The notes below the pieces were generated by a model that saw only the letters and a list, made by a program, of their open reading frames with translations, searched no databases and was not told the DNA's origin. A DNA stretch of 64,000 bases from an uncultured Chloroflexia bacterium (GTDB taxonomy: Bacteria; Chloroflexota; Anaerolineae; CG2-30-64-16): the NCBI GenBank assembly GCA_963810095.1, contig CAWEMM010000009.1, forward strand, positions 608,001 to 672,000, given 5' to 3'. This document shows, piece after piece, positions 40,476 to 50,183 of the stretch (the stretch's first letter is position 1; the number at the start of each line of letters is the position of its first letter). The position numbers and the translations under genes are program-made.

Positions 40476-42917
40476 CTACTTGACACGCGCGTATTCTGCC
40501 CGCCAGTACAGGTACTGGTCGGTGCCGTACTCGATCGAGCAGGTGGCGCCCTCGCACGTAGCGCGGAACTCCACGGGCTGCAGCGGTCTTACGGGCCAGT
40601 GCACGCCGCTCTCGTTGCCCAGGTCGAGCACGGTCTGGGGCACGGCGAGCGTGACGGTCGGTTGGCTCCAGCCCGGCGTGCCGGAAAACAGCGAGACCAC
40701 GCCCTCGATGGTGACCACATACCCCGGCTGGTCACCCGGTTCGTTGGGCAGCACGTCGTTCTGGCGCACGGCCTGGCTGACTGCGCCCTGGCCGATGGTC
40801 TCGTTCGCCGCCAGCCCGGGATCGCCGGAAGTCAGTGTCACGTCCTTGAAAATCACGTTCCCGCTGCGGTCCGTGATCTCGAGGGTGTAGAACTGCGTCG
40901 ACGCACCCGGGCACGTCTGCGGCTGCGTGCCCACGCCGTCGACTCCCCGGCCGTCGAGGAAGACCGACTGGACGTCCTGCACCCGCCAGTGCAGGGTGGT
41001 GCACCCGCCCGAAGGCAGAGCATACTGCTCCGCGTAGAAGGCGGCGCTGCTCGGGCCGCCGGTCGGCGAGGGTGTCGCGGCCGTAACCACGATGGTCAAG
41101 CGCTTGGGGACGGTCTGACCCGCCTTGGTCAGGACCGACAACTCGAAGTTGGTCGTCTGGGTCAGGCAGAAGCGCCGCGATGAAACGCCCTCCACCGGCA
41201 GGCCGTTCAGTCGCACCTCCTGCACCTCCGTCGCGCTCCAGCTGAGCAGGACACACTCATTGGGCGCAATCTGCATTTTGTCGGCCGTGAAGACGATGCC
41301 CCCCGCGCCCGCAGGAACGACCTGGATCGTTGCGGTGTAGTCCTGCGTTCCGGCGCTGCTTGTGACGCTCAGCGTGTACGTGGTCGTCTGCGTCGGGCAC
41401 ACCTGGCGCGTCTCGGACCCCGTCGCCCCGGCGCCCTGGAACCGCACGGAAATGACGTTCTGGACATCCCACGACACGTTCGTGCATTCGCCGGCTGCCA
41501 CCGAGTATTTCTCCGCCTTCAGGACGGCAGCCGAGTCCCAGCGTGTCGGGGTTGGTGTCAGCAATCCGCCGACGGTGGGCGTGACGGTGGGCGTGGCGGT
41601 CACGCGGGCCTGCGGGCGCGGGGTCGGCCGCCGGGTGGGCGCGACAGGCGGAGGAATCTCGGGACCGGGCGTGGTGATCGCCACCAACTGCGGCGTTACG
41701 GTTGAGCCGGGCGGCGGGGTGTATGTGGGCCGCAAGGCAAGCTGCACGCTCAGCTCGTTGCTGATGGGCGCCCAGGCGCCTTCATGCTCGACCTCGAGAA
41801 CCACCTTGTAGTCGCCCACCCCGCCCTGATCTACGATCGGCTGGAGCGCGAGCGTCGGGCCGCGAGCCTCGGGTGTCTGGAAGGTCAGGCCGTTCAGGCT
41901 GATTTTCCAGCGCAAGCGCACCCGGTCTTCCTGCAGCACGAGCGGGCGCACCACTTCCATATTCTGGATGCGGATTGGCAGGATCTGCGTGTACTCGACG
42001 CCCGAACTAATTCTGCGCGTCGGCGCGGCGGCATCGTCTACGGTCATGACGACATAGAAGCGCGTATTGACGCCGGGATCGATGTCGAGCAAGCCCGGCA
42101 CGAGGTCGAACACGTGCGAGAACTGGATGAGGCCCTGGCTCTGCGCCGGATCTGGTTTGAAGTAGAGCGTCATCTCGTCGACGGTCTTGTCCAGGCTCGG
42201 ATCGCCCGCCACGAGACCCGCGCCGCCCGAGGAGTCCTGCTTGAGTGTGAGCCGGGCAGGCACCAGGCCGTCGGAGAGGGCCGGAATGGCCGAGTAGCGG
42301 TACTGGCCGACGACGGTGAGCGGGATTGACTGCTGCGCCGGCGGCGTCTCGGGCTTTACGAGTGCGAGGCTGGCGTCGGCCAGGCGCCACCGCCCCAGCA
42401 GCGCGTAAGTGCCGGGCTGGGCCACGCCGAACTCGACGTCGCCTGTGCCTCCGCGGGTGGTCACCCGCTCCCACAGCCGCCCGTTCCACTGATACGGCGC
42501 GACCTCGTACTGGTCGGACGTGACCCCGGGCGGGAGCGGCAGCCGCACCGATGCGACGCCGGTAAGCTCAGAACCATCGATCTGGAGCTCGTAGGCCTGG
42601 CCGATCATGCTCGAAGGCACCGGGACGGCAGGCGGGCTCGCCGCGGTCCTGAAGGTAACCGTCGCGTCCGCTGCCAGGCTGCCGGCCGGCACGGTGGCTT
42701 CGGCGCCGTCGCGTAGCGAGATCGTACCGCCTTTGCCCTTGTCCACCTGGACAACGGCCTCGTCGGGCTCGAGCTGCTCCGCGCCAAACGGCGGCACCAC
42801 GACTGAGACGGGCGTTGGCGTCGCGGTTCGTGCGGCGCCCCGGCACCCCGACAACATCATCAAAGCCGTCGCGGCCAGCGCGACAAGCTTTAGCAGGTTC
42901 AGTTTGTGTCCAATCAT
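40476..42917 (-). CDS. Large lipoprotein with Pro/Thr linker and three Cys-paired beta-sandwich repeats
   Basis: Lipobox LSGC; GGTISL...VPAGSL (ZU5-like) N-domain; three C..[LV].W....V..V...G....G.....C...T..[YF].L repeats. Confidence 0.75.
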   Translation of the reverse strand: MIGHKLNLLKLVALAATALMMLSGCRGAARTATPTPVSVVVPPFGAEQLEPDEAVVQVDKGKGGTISLRDGAEATVPAGSLAADATVTFRTAASPPAVPVPSSMIGQAYELQIDGSELTGVASVRLPLPPGVTSDQYEVAPYQWNGRLWERVTTRGGTGDVEFGVAQPGTYALLGRWRLADASLALVKPETPPAQQSIPLTVVGQYRYSAIPALSDGLVPARLTLKQDSSGGAGLVAGDPSLDKTVDEMTLYFKPDPAQSQGLIQFSHVFDLVPGLLDIDPGVNTRFYVVMTVDDAAAPTRRISSGVEYTQILPIRIQNMEVVRPLVLQEDRVRLRWKISLNGLTFQTPEARGPTLALQPIVDQGGVGDYKVVLEVEHEGAWAPISNELSVQLALRPTYTPPPGSTVTPQLVAITTPGPEIPPPVAPTRRPTPRPQARVTATPTVTPTVGGLLTPTPTRWDSAAVLKAEKYSVAAGECTNVSWDVQNVISVRFQGAGATGSETRQVCPTQTTTYTLSVTSSAGTQDYTATIQVVPAGAGGIVFTADKMQIAPNECVLLSWSATEVQEVRLNGLPVEGVSSRRFCLTQTTNFELSVLTKAGQTVPKRLTIVVTAATPSPTGGPSSAAFYAEQYALPSGGCTTLHWRVQDVQSVFLDGRGVDGVGTQPQTCPGASTQFYTLEITDRSGNVIFKDVTLTSGDPGLAANETIGQGAVSQAVRQNDVLPNEPGDQPGYVVTIEGVVSLFSGTPGWSQPTVTLAVPQTVLDLGNESGVHWPVRPLQPVEFRATCEGATCSIEYGTDQYLYWRAEYARVK

Positions 42918-43300
42918 GCTCGACCCAAAAGAATGCCAATCGTAAGGATTGCTGCGACGGCGCCTGCCGCGGCAGCGTCGGACCAGCGCCTGTGGACCAG
43001 GCTGTCCACGAGAATGTATAGCACGTTGACCATCGGCAACAAGGCCAGTGCCAGGAGGCCAACGCTCATTGCGCCGACCGGCGTCAGGACTGTCCGGCTG
43101 AAGAGCGAATTGAGCGGAACGACGCTTTGCCCCAGCAGCGACCCGCCGGCGTTGCCGCGTACCACGAAAGCCACGAGCCCGGTTAGCATCAGCGCGGCCG
43201 CGGGGATGGCCACAACCCGGGCGATCCGCTGCACGTTCCGCGCGATACGCTGGTTGTGATCTTCGGTCCCTGTCCGGGCTGCGATCACGTCGTCGAGCAC
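42914..43300 (-). CDS. DUF1634-like membrane protein
   Basis: Three TM segments; GLLALALLPMVNV motif; follows a TauE gene, as is typical. Confidence 0.7.
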   Translation of the reverse strand: MLDDVIAARTGTEDHNQRIARNVQRIARVVAIPAAALMLTGLVAFVVRGNAGGSLLGQSVVPLNSLFSRTVLTPVGAMSVGLLALALLPMVNVLYILVDSLVHRRWSDAAAAGAVAAILTIGILLGRA

Positions 43301-43302
43301 TA

Positions 43303-44097
43303 TCAGCCTCCGGTGATGCCCTTCCAGGTCATCTGTACCGCGATCAGGATGAGCAGCACGATCAAGGCCCGGCGGAGCACGTCGACCCGGAGCCGGCCGG
43401 CCGTCTGGGCGCCAAGCATCGCGCCCACAAACACGCCCAGGGCGGTGGGCACGGCGACGAGCGGATCGATGTCGCCCCTACTGTAATACAACGTTGCACT
43501 GGCTGCTGCAGTAATGCCTACCATGAAGTTGCTCGTCGCCGTCGCAACGCCCAGCGGAACGTCCATCACCGAGTACATGACCGGGACCTTGATGAAGCCC
43601 CCGCCGATCCCGCTCAAGCCGGACAGCGCCCCGGCCAGCGCGGAGAAACTCAGCCCGACCCCCCAACGCTTCGGCTTGTAGTCGGTCCTGAACAGCGCTT
43701 CGATCTGGGGCTCGTCAGCCGGCCCCGCCTTGCGCCGGGTCTTGATCAGCGTGTAGATAGCGCTGGCCAGGACAACCGCTGCAAATACAAAAGCCAGCGC
43801 CTGCTGCGGCATCCTGCCTGCGGCGAATCCCCCGAGCAGGGCGCCGGTCGTTGTGGCGATTTCGAGCCGGATGGCAAGGCCCGCGTCCGCGCCGCGCCCC
43901 GGCCGCGAAACGCTTGCCACGCCGGCGGAAGTCGCAATCACCCCGATCAGGCTGACGCCGACCGCCGTCCGCACCGGCAGGTCAAAAATGAGGGTGAGCG
44001 CCGGAACGAGGAAGATGCCCCCACCCAGCCCTAGCAACGCGCCGAGCACGCCGGCTGCTAAGCCGACGCCAAACAGGCCCAACCACACCAACTCCAT
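43303..44097 (-). CDS. Sulfite exporter TauE/SafE family protein
   Basis: GLGGGIFLVP, GIGGGFIKVP, ATATSNFM motifs. Confidence 0.92.
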   Translation of the reverse strand: MELVWLGLFGVGLAAGVLGALLGLGGGIFLVPALTLIFDLPVRTAVGVSLIGVIATSAGVASVSRPGRGADAGLAIRLEIATTTGALLGGFAAGRMPQQALAFVFAAVVLASAIYTLIKTRRKAGPADEPQIEALFRTDYKPKRWGVGLSFSALAGALSGLSGIGGGFIKVPVMYSVMDVPLGVATATSNFMVGITAAASATLYYSRGDIDPLVAVPTALGVFVGAMLGAQTAGRLRVDVLRRALIVLLILIAVQMTWKGITGG

Positions 44098-44104
44098 TGT
44101 TGCA

Positions 44105-45175
44105 TCATCCCAGACTCAAGAAACGACGCCACTCCGATACTTCCAGTTTCAATCCTTCGTATCGCGCCTGCAGTGCCTCATAGAGCCGGGCATTCTCGAT
44201 CGCAACGGCAACCAGGCCGGCGACAGACTGCAGGAACTTCACCCCGACCTGCGTAAAGCGACGAGGCTGGCTGGAATAGACCCGCATGACCCCGACCGGC
44301 TGGTCCTTCACCCGCAACGGCACGACGAGCACCGACCGGATGCCCTCCGCCGCAGCCTCGCCTGGGTACTGGAACCCCTCCTCGCCCGCCACATCGTAGA
44401 GGGTGACCGTCTCGCCACCAAGCGCGCGCTGGTCGATGCGGCTGCGTTCCAGGCTGACCGCGCCCTTCGCCAGGTACTCGGCGCTCAAGCCGTGCGACGC
44501 CACCATCTCGAGCTTTTGGCGCTTCTTGTCCAGCAGGCGGACCGAGGCGGCCTTCAGGTTCATTTCCATCACGGCTGACTCGAGCACCTGTTTGAGCAAG
44601 GGCTGCAGTTCCAACGTCGACGTGAGGGCCGCTGCGATCCGGAATAGCGCCGAATGGAGCTGGGCGTTTTCAATGGCAAGGGCGGCCAGGTCTGCGGCCG
44701 CGTGGAGCACGGTAATTGCGGTATCCGAAAACCCGCAGTCCGCAGTGCAGTAGACATCCAGGGAGCCGAACACTCGCTCACGCACTGCCAGCGGGATGGC
44801 CATGAACCCCCCCAGCTGCTCCATGTGCAGCTGCTCGTCGCTCAACTGGTGGCCCGCCCGGGCAGGCTCGCCCGCGCCTGCCGCAGCCAGGTTCTCGACG
44901 TGGACGCTCTGCCCACGGAGCACCTGCTCATGCACGCTGCCCTGAACAATCGCCGTGCGGACGTTCTTGAGGAATTCCTCGCTGACGCCGACGCTCGCGG
45001 CAACCTGCAGCTGGTCCGCGTCCGCGTTGAGCAGCCGGATGACCACCGCGCGTACGTCGAGCGACTGCTGGATCGCACCCAAGACGGCCTGCAGCGTGGT
45101 CTCGAGCTCCAGGCTGCTGTTGACGGCATGTGCAATGCCGTATACGAGTTGCATCAGGCCCAAGTCTTCGGCCAT
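44105..45175 (-). CDS. Tandem GAF domain protein with no output domain
   Basis: Two repeats of S[ST]LEL..L...IRLL...VPL...G...VY...LAIENA; short C-terminal helix. Confidence 0.9.
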   Translation of the reverse strand: MAEDLGLMQLVYGIAHAVNSSLELETTLQAVLGAIQQSLDVRAVVIRLLNADADQLQVAASVGVSEEFLKNVRTAIVQGSVHEQVLRGQSVHVENLAAAGAGEPARAGHQLSDEQLHMEQLGGFMAIPLAVRERVFGSLDVYCTADCGFSDTAITVLHAAADLAALAIENAQLHSALFRIAAALTSTLELQPLLKQVLESAVMEMNLKAASVRLLDKKRQKLEMVASHGLSAEYLAKGAVSLERSRIDQRALGGETVTLYDVAGEEGFQYPGEAAAEGIRSVLVVPLRVKDQPVGVMRVYSSQPRRFTQVGVKFLQSVAGLVAVAIENARLYEALQARYEGLKLEVSEWRRFLSLG

Positions 45176-45192
45176 GCTTCGCTCCTCCGCAA

Positions 45193-45221
45193 AGTCTAGC
45201 GCCGCACAGAACTGTTGTCAA
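45193..45221 (-). promoter_or_regulatory. Sigma70-type promoter for the GAF-TauE operon
   Basis: TTGACA (45221-45216), N17, TAGACT (45198-45193). Confidence 0.65.
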
Positions 45222-45438
45222 TTATCACTCCAAATCCCCACTTTTCATAATCATAATCCAACGGCTGGTGTACAGGCTTTGTACAAGTTGCGCTAAGGTT
45301 AGGAAGAAAGGCCACTGTCGCCGCACCCCGCCTCTGCTATATTTTAGACATCAGATCATGCGAAAAAGTGCGGGGAGCCCGGCAACCTGTGGGGTGACTC
45401 CGGCGTTAAGTAGAGTAGGATCGACAAGGAGGCCGAGA

Positions 45439-46569
45439 ATGGGTTGGTCTTGGCGGATTGCCAGGGTGCGTGGGATCGACGTGAAGATCCATGCCACCTT
45501 CATATTCGCGCTCATCTGGGGCGCGGTCATCTGGGGCGGCGGCAGCCCATCCGGTTGGGCGTACGGGGTCTTTCTGACCCTCGTCCTCTTTGCGATCGTG
45601 TTGGCACACGAGTTCGGGCATGCCATCGCCGCGCAGCGTTACGGCATCCAGGTGCAGGACATCGTGCTGCTGCCAATCGGTGGGGTGGCGCGGCTCAATC
45701 GCATGCCCGACAAGCCCTCGCAGGAGCTCGCCGTGGCGCTGGCGGGTCCGGCGGTCAACCTGGTGATGGCGGTTGCGCTGGCCCCGTTCCTGTTGCTCGG
45801 ATTGTGGGCGCAGGCGCGTGCCGGCCTGGGCATCGGTTTGCCCCCGATTGCGGAGCCCGGTCTTCTGAACCTGGCCGCCTTCCTGATCATTATCAACGTC
45901 TCGCTGCTCGTCTTCAATATGATCCCCGCCTTCCCAATGGACGGCGGCCGGGTGCTGCGCGCACTGCTTGCCTTGAAACTGCCGTACAGCCGTGCGACCG
46001 CAATCGCGGCAAACGTCGGCCGGCTGTTCGCCATCGCCTTCGGTGTGTTCGGCATCCTGACCGGGAACATCGGCCTCGCGCTGGTGGCGGTCTTTGTCTT
46101 CTTCGGGGCCGGGGCCGAGCTGAGCGAAGTCTCGCAACGCGAAAGCCTGCAAGGCTTGACCGTCGGCGAAGTGGTCGACAACCAGGCGCCGGTGTTCTCC
46201 GCCAGCCTCCCGGCTTTCACAGCTTTCGAGCGACTGGTGCGTTCGCCGTACTCGGCGGTGGCCGTGGTCGACGACGCGGGGCACTTCACTGGTGTGGTCA
46301 CCCGGCACGGGATGCAAGCCCGCTGGGCTGCCGGGCTGCGCGGCACGGTGGAGTCCTTCGTCGAGATGGCGCGACCCGTACAGGTCGAGTGCGATGCGCC
46401 CCTGGTCGCCGCTCGGGAACGTATGGCGGAGGCACGGACCCCGGTCGCAGCCGTCTACTGCGGCAGCTCGTTCGAAGGTCTGCTCGACTTCGAGACGATC
46501 AGCCGGATCATCGCCCTGCGCCAGACGGGCTGGCGCGGCAGCCGGGGACCCGTGACTTCGCAAGGGTAA
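45439..46569 (+). CDS. Site-2 protease (M50) with CBS-like C-terminus
   Basis: HEFGH, AGPAVN, NMIPAFPMDGGR motifs; SD AAGGAGG. Confidence 0.93.
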   Translation: MGWSWRIARVRGIDVKIHATFIFALIWGAVIWGGGSPSGWAYGVFLTLVLFAIVLAHEFGHAIAAQRYGIQVQDIVLLPIGGVARLNRMPDKPSQELAVALAGPAVNLVMAVALAPFLLLGLWAQARAGLGIGLPPIAEPGLLNLAAFLIIINVSLLVFNMIPAFPMDGGRVLRALLALKLPYSRATAIAANVGRLFAIAFGVFGILTGNIGLALVAVFVFFGAGAELSEVSQRESLQGLTVGEVVDNQAPVFSASLPAFTAFERLVRSPYSAVAVVDDAGHFTGVVTRHGMQARWAAGLRGTVESFVEMARPVQVECDAPLVAARERMAEARTPVAAVYCGSSFEGLLDFETISRIIALRQTGWRGSRGPVTSQG

Positions 46570-46640
46570 ACAATGAGCGCCGGGGACCGTTTGCCGGTGC
46601 CCTTTCTTCAGACATAGTGCGCCCAACAAAACCCGGTGGC

Positions 46641-46676
46641 GTAAGGGCGAGGCATCCAGGGATGCCTCGCCCTTAC
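46641..46676. repeat. GTAG-type REP-like palindrome (variant GTAA)
   Basis: GTAAGGGCGAGGCATCC-AG-GGATGCCTCGCCCTTAC; arms nearly identical to the 10504 copy. Confidence 0.8.
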
Positions 46677-46690
46677 CGTGTGGTCTGCCC

Positions 46691-47479
46691 TTATGGCAGG
46701 GTCACAAACCCTGACAGAAACTCCCGTGCGGAGCCCGTATCCATGCGATACGCCTTATCGGTCGCCCGGCACCAATAGTCGCCGGTGACGGTGATGGCGG
46801 CCACGACATTCGTGTTGCCAATGAAGTGTGGACCGCCGGAGTCGCCATAGCATGTGCCGCCGCTCCCCGTCGACGGATTCATCGACAAGTTCAGCCAGTA
46901 AGGCTCGAGCGCCAGGAACGACTGCTCGGTGTAATAGCGGTCGTAGCTGTCCCAGATGATGGCGTGCGGCCCGCTCGTCTTGTCGTCCCGCCGCACGCCG
47001 TATCCGACCGCGACGAAACGGGTGTCCTTCAGCGTTTTATCTGCCTTCATCTGGTCGAGCTGGCCCGCCGTCGGGAGGGCTGCGGGTGTGATGCCTGTCG
47101 GGGCCTGGTCGAGCACGACGACTGCCACGTCGTGCGTGTCTGATGCAGGGCCGGGGTACGCGGGATTGAGGTAGCCCGTGCCGCTGTAGACCGTAGGATG
47201 GTCGCTCCAGACGGAATCAAAGGTGACGGCCACATCCTCAGGAGTCAGGTTAACCTCGGCCAGCCAGTCCATGCAGTGGCTGGCCGTGAGGAACACTTTC
47301 GGGGCGATCAGCGTGCCGGAACACACTTCGGCCCAGCCGCCGTTAATGGGTATCAGCAGCGCGCCCACGTTGGGGTGCAAGTTGCCGTCGGGTTGGCCGA
47401 ACGTGATGGCGCCTGCGGGCAGCGCCGCCACCAGCATGACCGCCAGGGCGATCAGCAGAATGTAAGAACGTCGCTTCAT
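46691..47479 (-). CDS. Secreted trypsin-like serine protease (S1)
   Basis: Signal peptide; CSGTLI, TASHC, DVAV, CYGDSGGP motifs. Confidence 0.93.
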   Translation of the reverse strand: MKRRSYILLIALAVMLVAALPAGAITFGQPDGNLHPNVGALLIPINGGWAEVCSGTLIAPKVFLTASHCMDWLAEVNLTPEDVAVTFDSVWSDHPTVYSGTGYLNPAYPGPASDTHDVAVVVLDQAPTGITPAALPTAGQLDQMKADKTLKDTRFVAVGYGVRRDDKTSGPHAIIWDSYDRYYTEQSFLALEPYWLNLSMNPSTGSGGTCYGDSGGPHFIGNTNVVAAITVTGDYWCRATDKAYRMDTGSAREFLSGFVTLP

Positions 47480-47671
47480 CGTACACCTCGGTGTTCGGGA
47501 ATTAGGGCTGAAGAATGGCCCGGGGGCATGATAGGCCGTGGTAAGAAGTTTTGTCAAGCGTCCAGAAATTCCCAAGCCCCGAGTTGTCGGTCGACGCTAA
47601 GCATGACTTGTCGGCCCGTCGCGCCGTGTGCTACACTTGCGCCGGCCTTCCGCACGATTCGAAAGGATGCC

Positions 47672-48892
47672 ATGTCACCCGTACTGCAGCTTCTGCTCCA
47701 ACTCAGCATCCTGATTGCCGTCGCCAAGCTGGCCGGCTTGCTCAGCACAAAGCTCGGCCAGCCTGCGGTGCTGGGCGAGATCCTCGCCGGGCTGCTCCTC
47801 GGTCCGTCATTCATCAATCTGCAAGCGCTCCCCGTATTCACCTCGTCCCACCTCCCCGAGACAATCACCGAACTGGCCGAAATCGGCGTCATCCTGCTGA
47901 TGTTTCTGGCCGGGCTGGAAGTAGACCTCGCGCAGATGCGCCGGTCGGGCGGGGTTGTGGTCCTTGCCGGGCTCCTGGGGGTCGCCGTGCCGTGGCTCAT
48001 GGGCGTGGGTGTTGCCCTCCCATTCGGCTACCCCACGATCGAGGCGCTGGGTATTGGCCTGCTGCTGACCGCGACCAGTGTCAGCATCTCCGCGCAGACG
48101 CTGCTGGAGCTCGGCGTGCTGCGCAGCCGGGTGGGGATTGCCTTGCTCGGCGCGGCCGTGGTGGATGATGTCGTCGTCATCTTGCTGGTATCGATATTTC
48201 TGGCCTTGGCGGGCGGCGCGGCCGGCGGCATCGAAGACGTCGGTCTGCTCCTGCTTCGCGTCGTCCTCTTCCTCGCGGTTTTCGGCATCCTGGGCTGGTT
48301 CCTCGTGCCGCGCCTGCTCGATCTCGCGGACCGCCTGCCCATCAGCCAGGGGCTCGTCGCGACGGCCGTGGTCCTGGCGCTCTTCTTTGCCTGGTCGGCC
48401 GAAGTGATCGGTGGGGTCGCGATGATCACCGGCAGCTTCCTCGCCGGCGTGTTTGCCGGGCGTTCGCACACGCATCACCGGATCCTCGAAGGCGTGAGCG
48501 TTCTGACGTATGGGTTCTTCGTGCCCATCTTCTTCGTCAATATCGGCCTGCACGCCAACATCTTCGAGCTTTCGGGCGGCTTGATCTGGTTCACCGTCGT
48601 GTTAACCCTCGTTGCCATCATTTCCAAGGTGTTGGGCAGCGGTCTGGGTGCCCGGTTGGGCGGGTTTAATAACGGCGAATCGCTCCGGATGGGCGTGGGA
48701 ATGATCTCGCGCGGCGAGGTCGGCCTCATCGTCGCCCAACTGCTGGTGGCCCAGCAGGTCGTGCCGCAGGAAACGCTCACGGTCGCCGTCGTTATGGTCC
48801 TGGTCACCACGCTCGTCACACCGCCGCTGTTGCGGGCCGCATTCGCAGGTCGAAACGGGTCAGCGCCCGCCGATGCCGGCGCTACTTCTTGA
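47672..48892 (+). CDS. Cation:proton antiporter (CPA2)
   Basis: QPAVLGEILAG, AGLEVD, ATSV, AVVDD, PIFF, MISRGEVG motifs. Confidence 0.92.
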   Translation: MSPVLQLLLQLSILIAVAKLAGLLSTKLGQPAVLGEILAGLLLGPSFINLQALPVFTSSHLPETITELAEIGVILLMFLAGLEVDLAQMRRSGGVVVLAGLLGVAVPWLMGVGVALPFGYPTIEALGIGLLLTATSVSISAQTLLELGVLRSRVGIALLGAAVVDDVVVILLVSIFLALAGGAAGGIEDVGLLLLRVVLFLAVFGILGWFLVPRLLDLADRLPISQGLVATAVVLALFFAWSAEVIGGVAMITGSFLAGVFAGRSHTHHRILEGVSVLTYGFFVPIFFVNIGLHANIFELSGGLIWFTVVLTLVAIISKVLGSGLGARLGGFNNGESLRMGVGMISRGEVGLIVAQLLVAQQVVPQETLTVAVVMVLVTTLVTPPLLRAAFAGRNGSAPADAGATS

Positions 48893-48903
48893 GGAGGCAC
48901 GCC

Positions 48904-49266
48904 ATGCCCACGATGGTCATTTTGATCCTGGAGAACGTCGACCGCCTGGAAGACGTGCTGACCGCCTGGTGGGAGGCCGGCGCGCCCGGTATTACTATCC
49001 TCGAGAGCAGCGGCGCGGCGCGTTACCTGGCAAAGCAGGGCGTGCGTGACGACCTGCCCATTTTTCCGAGCCTGAGCACCCTGCTGGGACACCAGGAAAT
49101 CCATCATCGCACGCTGTTCGCCGTGGTCCCCGACGGCTTCGCAATCGACAAGCTGTTCGACCTGACCGAAGCCGTGCTGGGCCCGCTGGAGCAGCCGCAC
49201 ACCGGCATCATGTTCGCCGTGCCGGTCCTCCAGGCCCGCGGGCTCATCCGGCGCAAGGCTGCCTGA
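48904..49266 (+). CDS. PII-like family protein
   Basis: GAPGITILESSG...TLFAVV...PHTGIMFAVPV pattern; SD GAGGAGG. Confidence 0.72.
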   Translation: MPTMVILILENVDRLEDVLTAWWEAGAPGITILESSGAARYLAKQGVRDDLPIFPSLSTLLGHQEIHHRTLFAVVPDGFAIDKLFDLTEAVLGPLEQPHTGIMFAVPVLQARGLIRRKAA

Positions 49267-50129
49267 TGCCCCGGTTGGCGCTGCTGTCCGACGTCCATGC
49301 CAACTTGCCCGCGCTGGAAGCCGTGGTGCGCGACATTGACGACCAGGCTCCCGACGCCGTGTATGTGCTCGGCGACCTGGTCAACGGCTGCGCCTGGCCG
49401 GGCGAGACACTGGACCTCCTGGCCGGTCGCGGCTGGCCGATGCTGACCGGCAACCACGACGATGCCGTGGTCCAGCTCGACACGTCGCGGATGGAGCCGC
49501 GCTATGCCGACCGGGAGTACTACGCCACCCTCTGGTGGACGCGCGCACGCCTCGCCGCCCGGCACCTTGCGCTGCTCCGGGGGCTGCCGCAAGCACTGAG
49601 CCTTGCGCCCGATCTCGGGCCGCCGGTGCGCCTGGTGCACGGGGTGCCCGGCAACTTCTTCGCGGGTTTCCGGCCCGATTCGCCGCAGGATTGGGTGCTG
49701 CAACACTTGGAAGGCATCGCAGAAACGACGGTCGCCGGCGGCCACACGCACCATCCCATGGTTCGGCACGTCGGGCCGTGGCAGCTTGTCAATTGCGGTT
49801 CCGCCGGCGCGCCCTACGACGGCGATCCCCGGGTGAGCTACGTGCTGATGGACGCGACCCTGCACGGCTGGGACGTCACCCTTCGCCGCCTCGACTACGA
49901 TCGAGGCCCCGTGGAACGTGGCTATCACGCGACGGGGCTTGACGTCGACGGCGGCGTACTCGGCCAGATGGTTCACCGGACAGTCATGACGGGGCAGCCG
50001 TGGGTGTCCGACTTCAACTGGTGGGTGCGCCAGCAGCCGCCCGCGGTGCAGGCGGACCCGCAGGCGGCCTTGACCTTCTACGACGCGCACTTCGGGCCGG
50101 GGCGCTGGGCGTTCCCGCTGCCCCGATGA
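49266..50129 (+). CDS. Metallophosphoesterase family protein
   Basis: SDVHAN, GDLV, GNHD, VHG, GHTH, NCGS motifs. Confidence 0.92.
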   Translation: MPRLALLSDVHANLPALEAVVRDIDDQAPDAVYVLGDLVNGCAWPGETLDLLAGRGWPMLTGNHDDAVVQLDTSRMEPRYADREYYATLWWTRARLAARHLALLRGLPQALSLAPDLGPPVRLVHGVPGNFFAGFRPDSPQDWVLQHLEGIAETTVAGGHTHHPMVRHVGPWQLVNCGSAGAPYDGDPRVSYVLMDATLHGWDVTLRRLDYDRGPVERGYHATGLDVDGGVLGQMVHRTVMTGQPWVSDFNWWVRQQPPAVQADPQAALTFYDAHFGPGRWAFPLPR

Positions 50130-50183
50130 GCGCCGGGTCCGTGGCCGTGCAGGGCACAACTCGTGATATGATGGGACGCAGAG

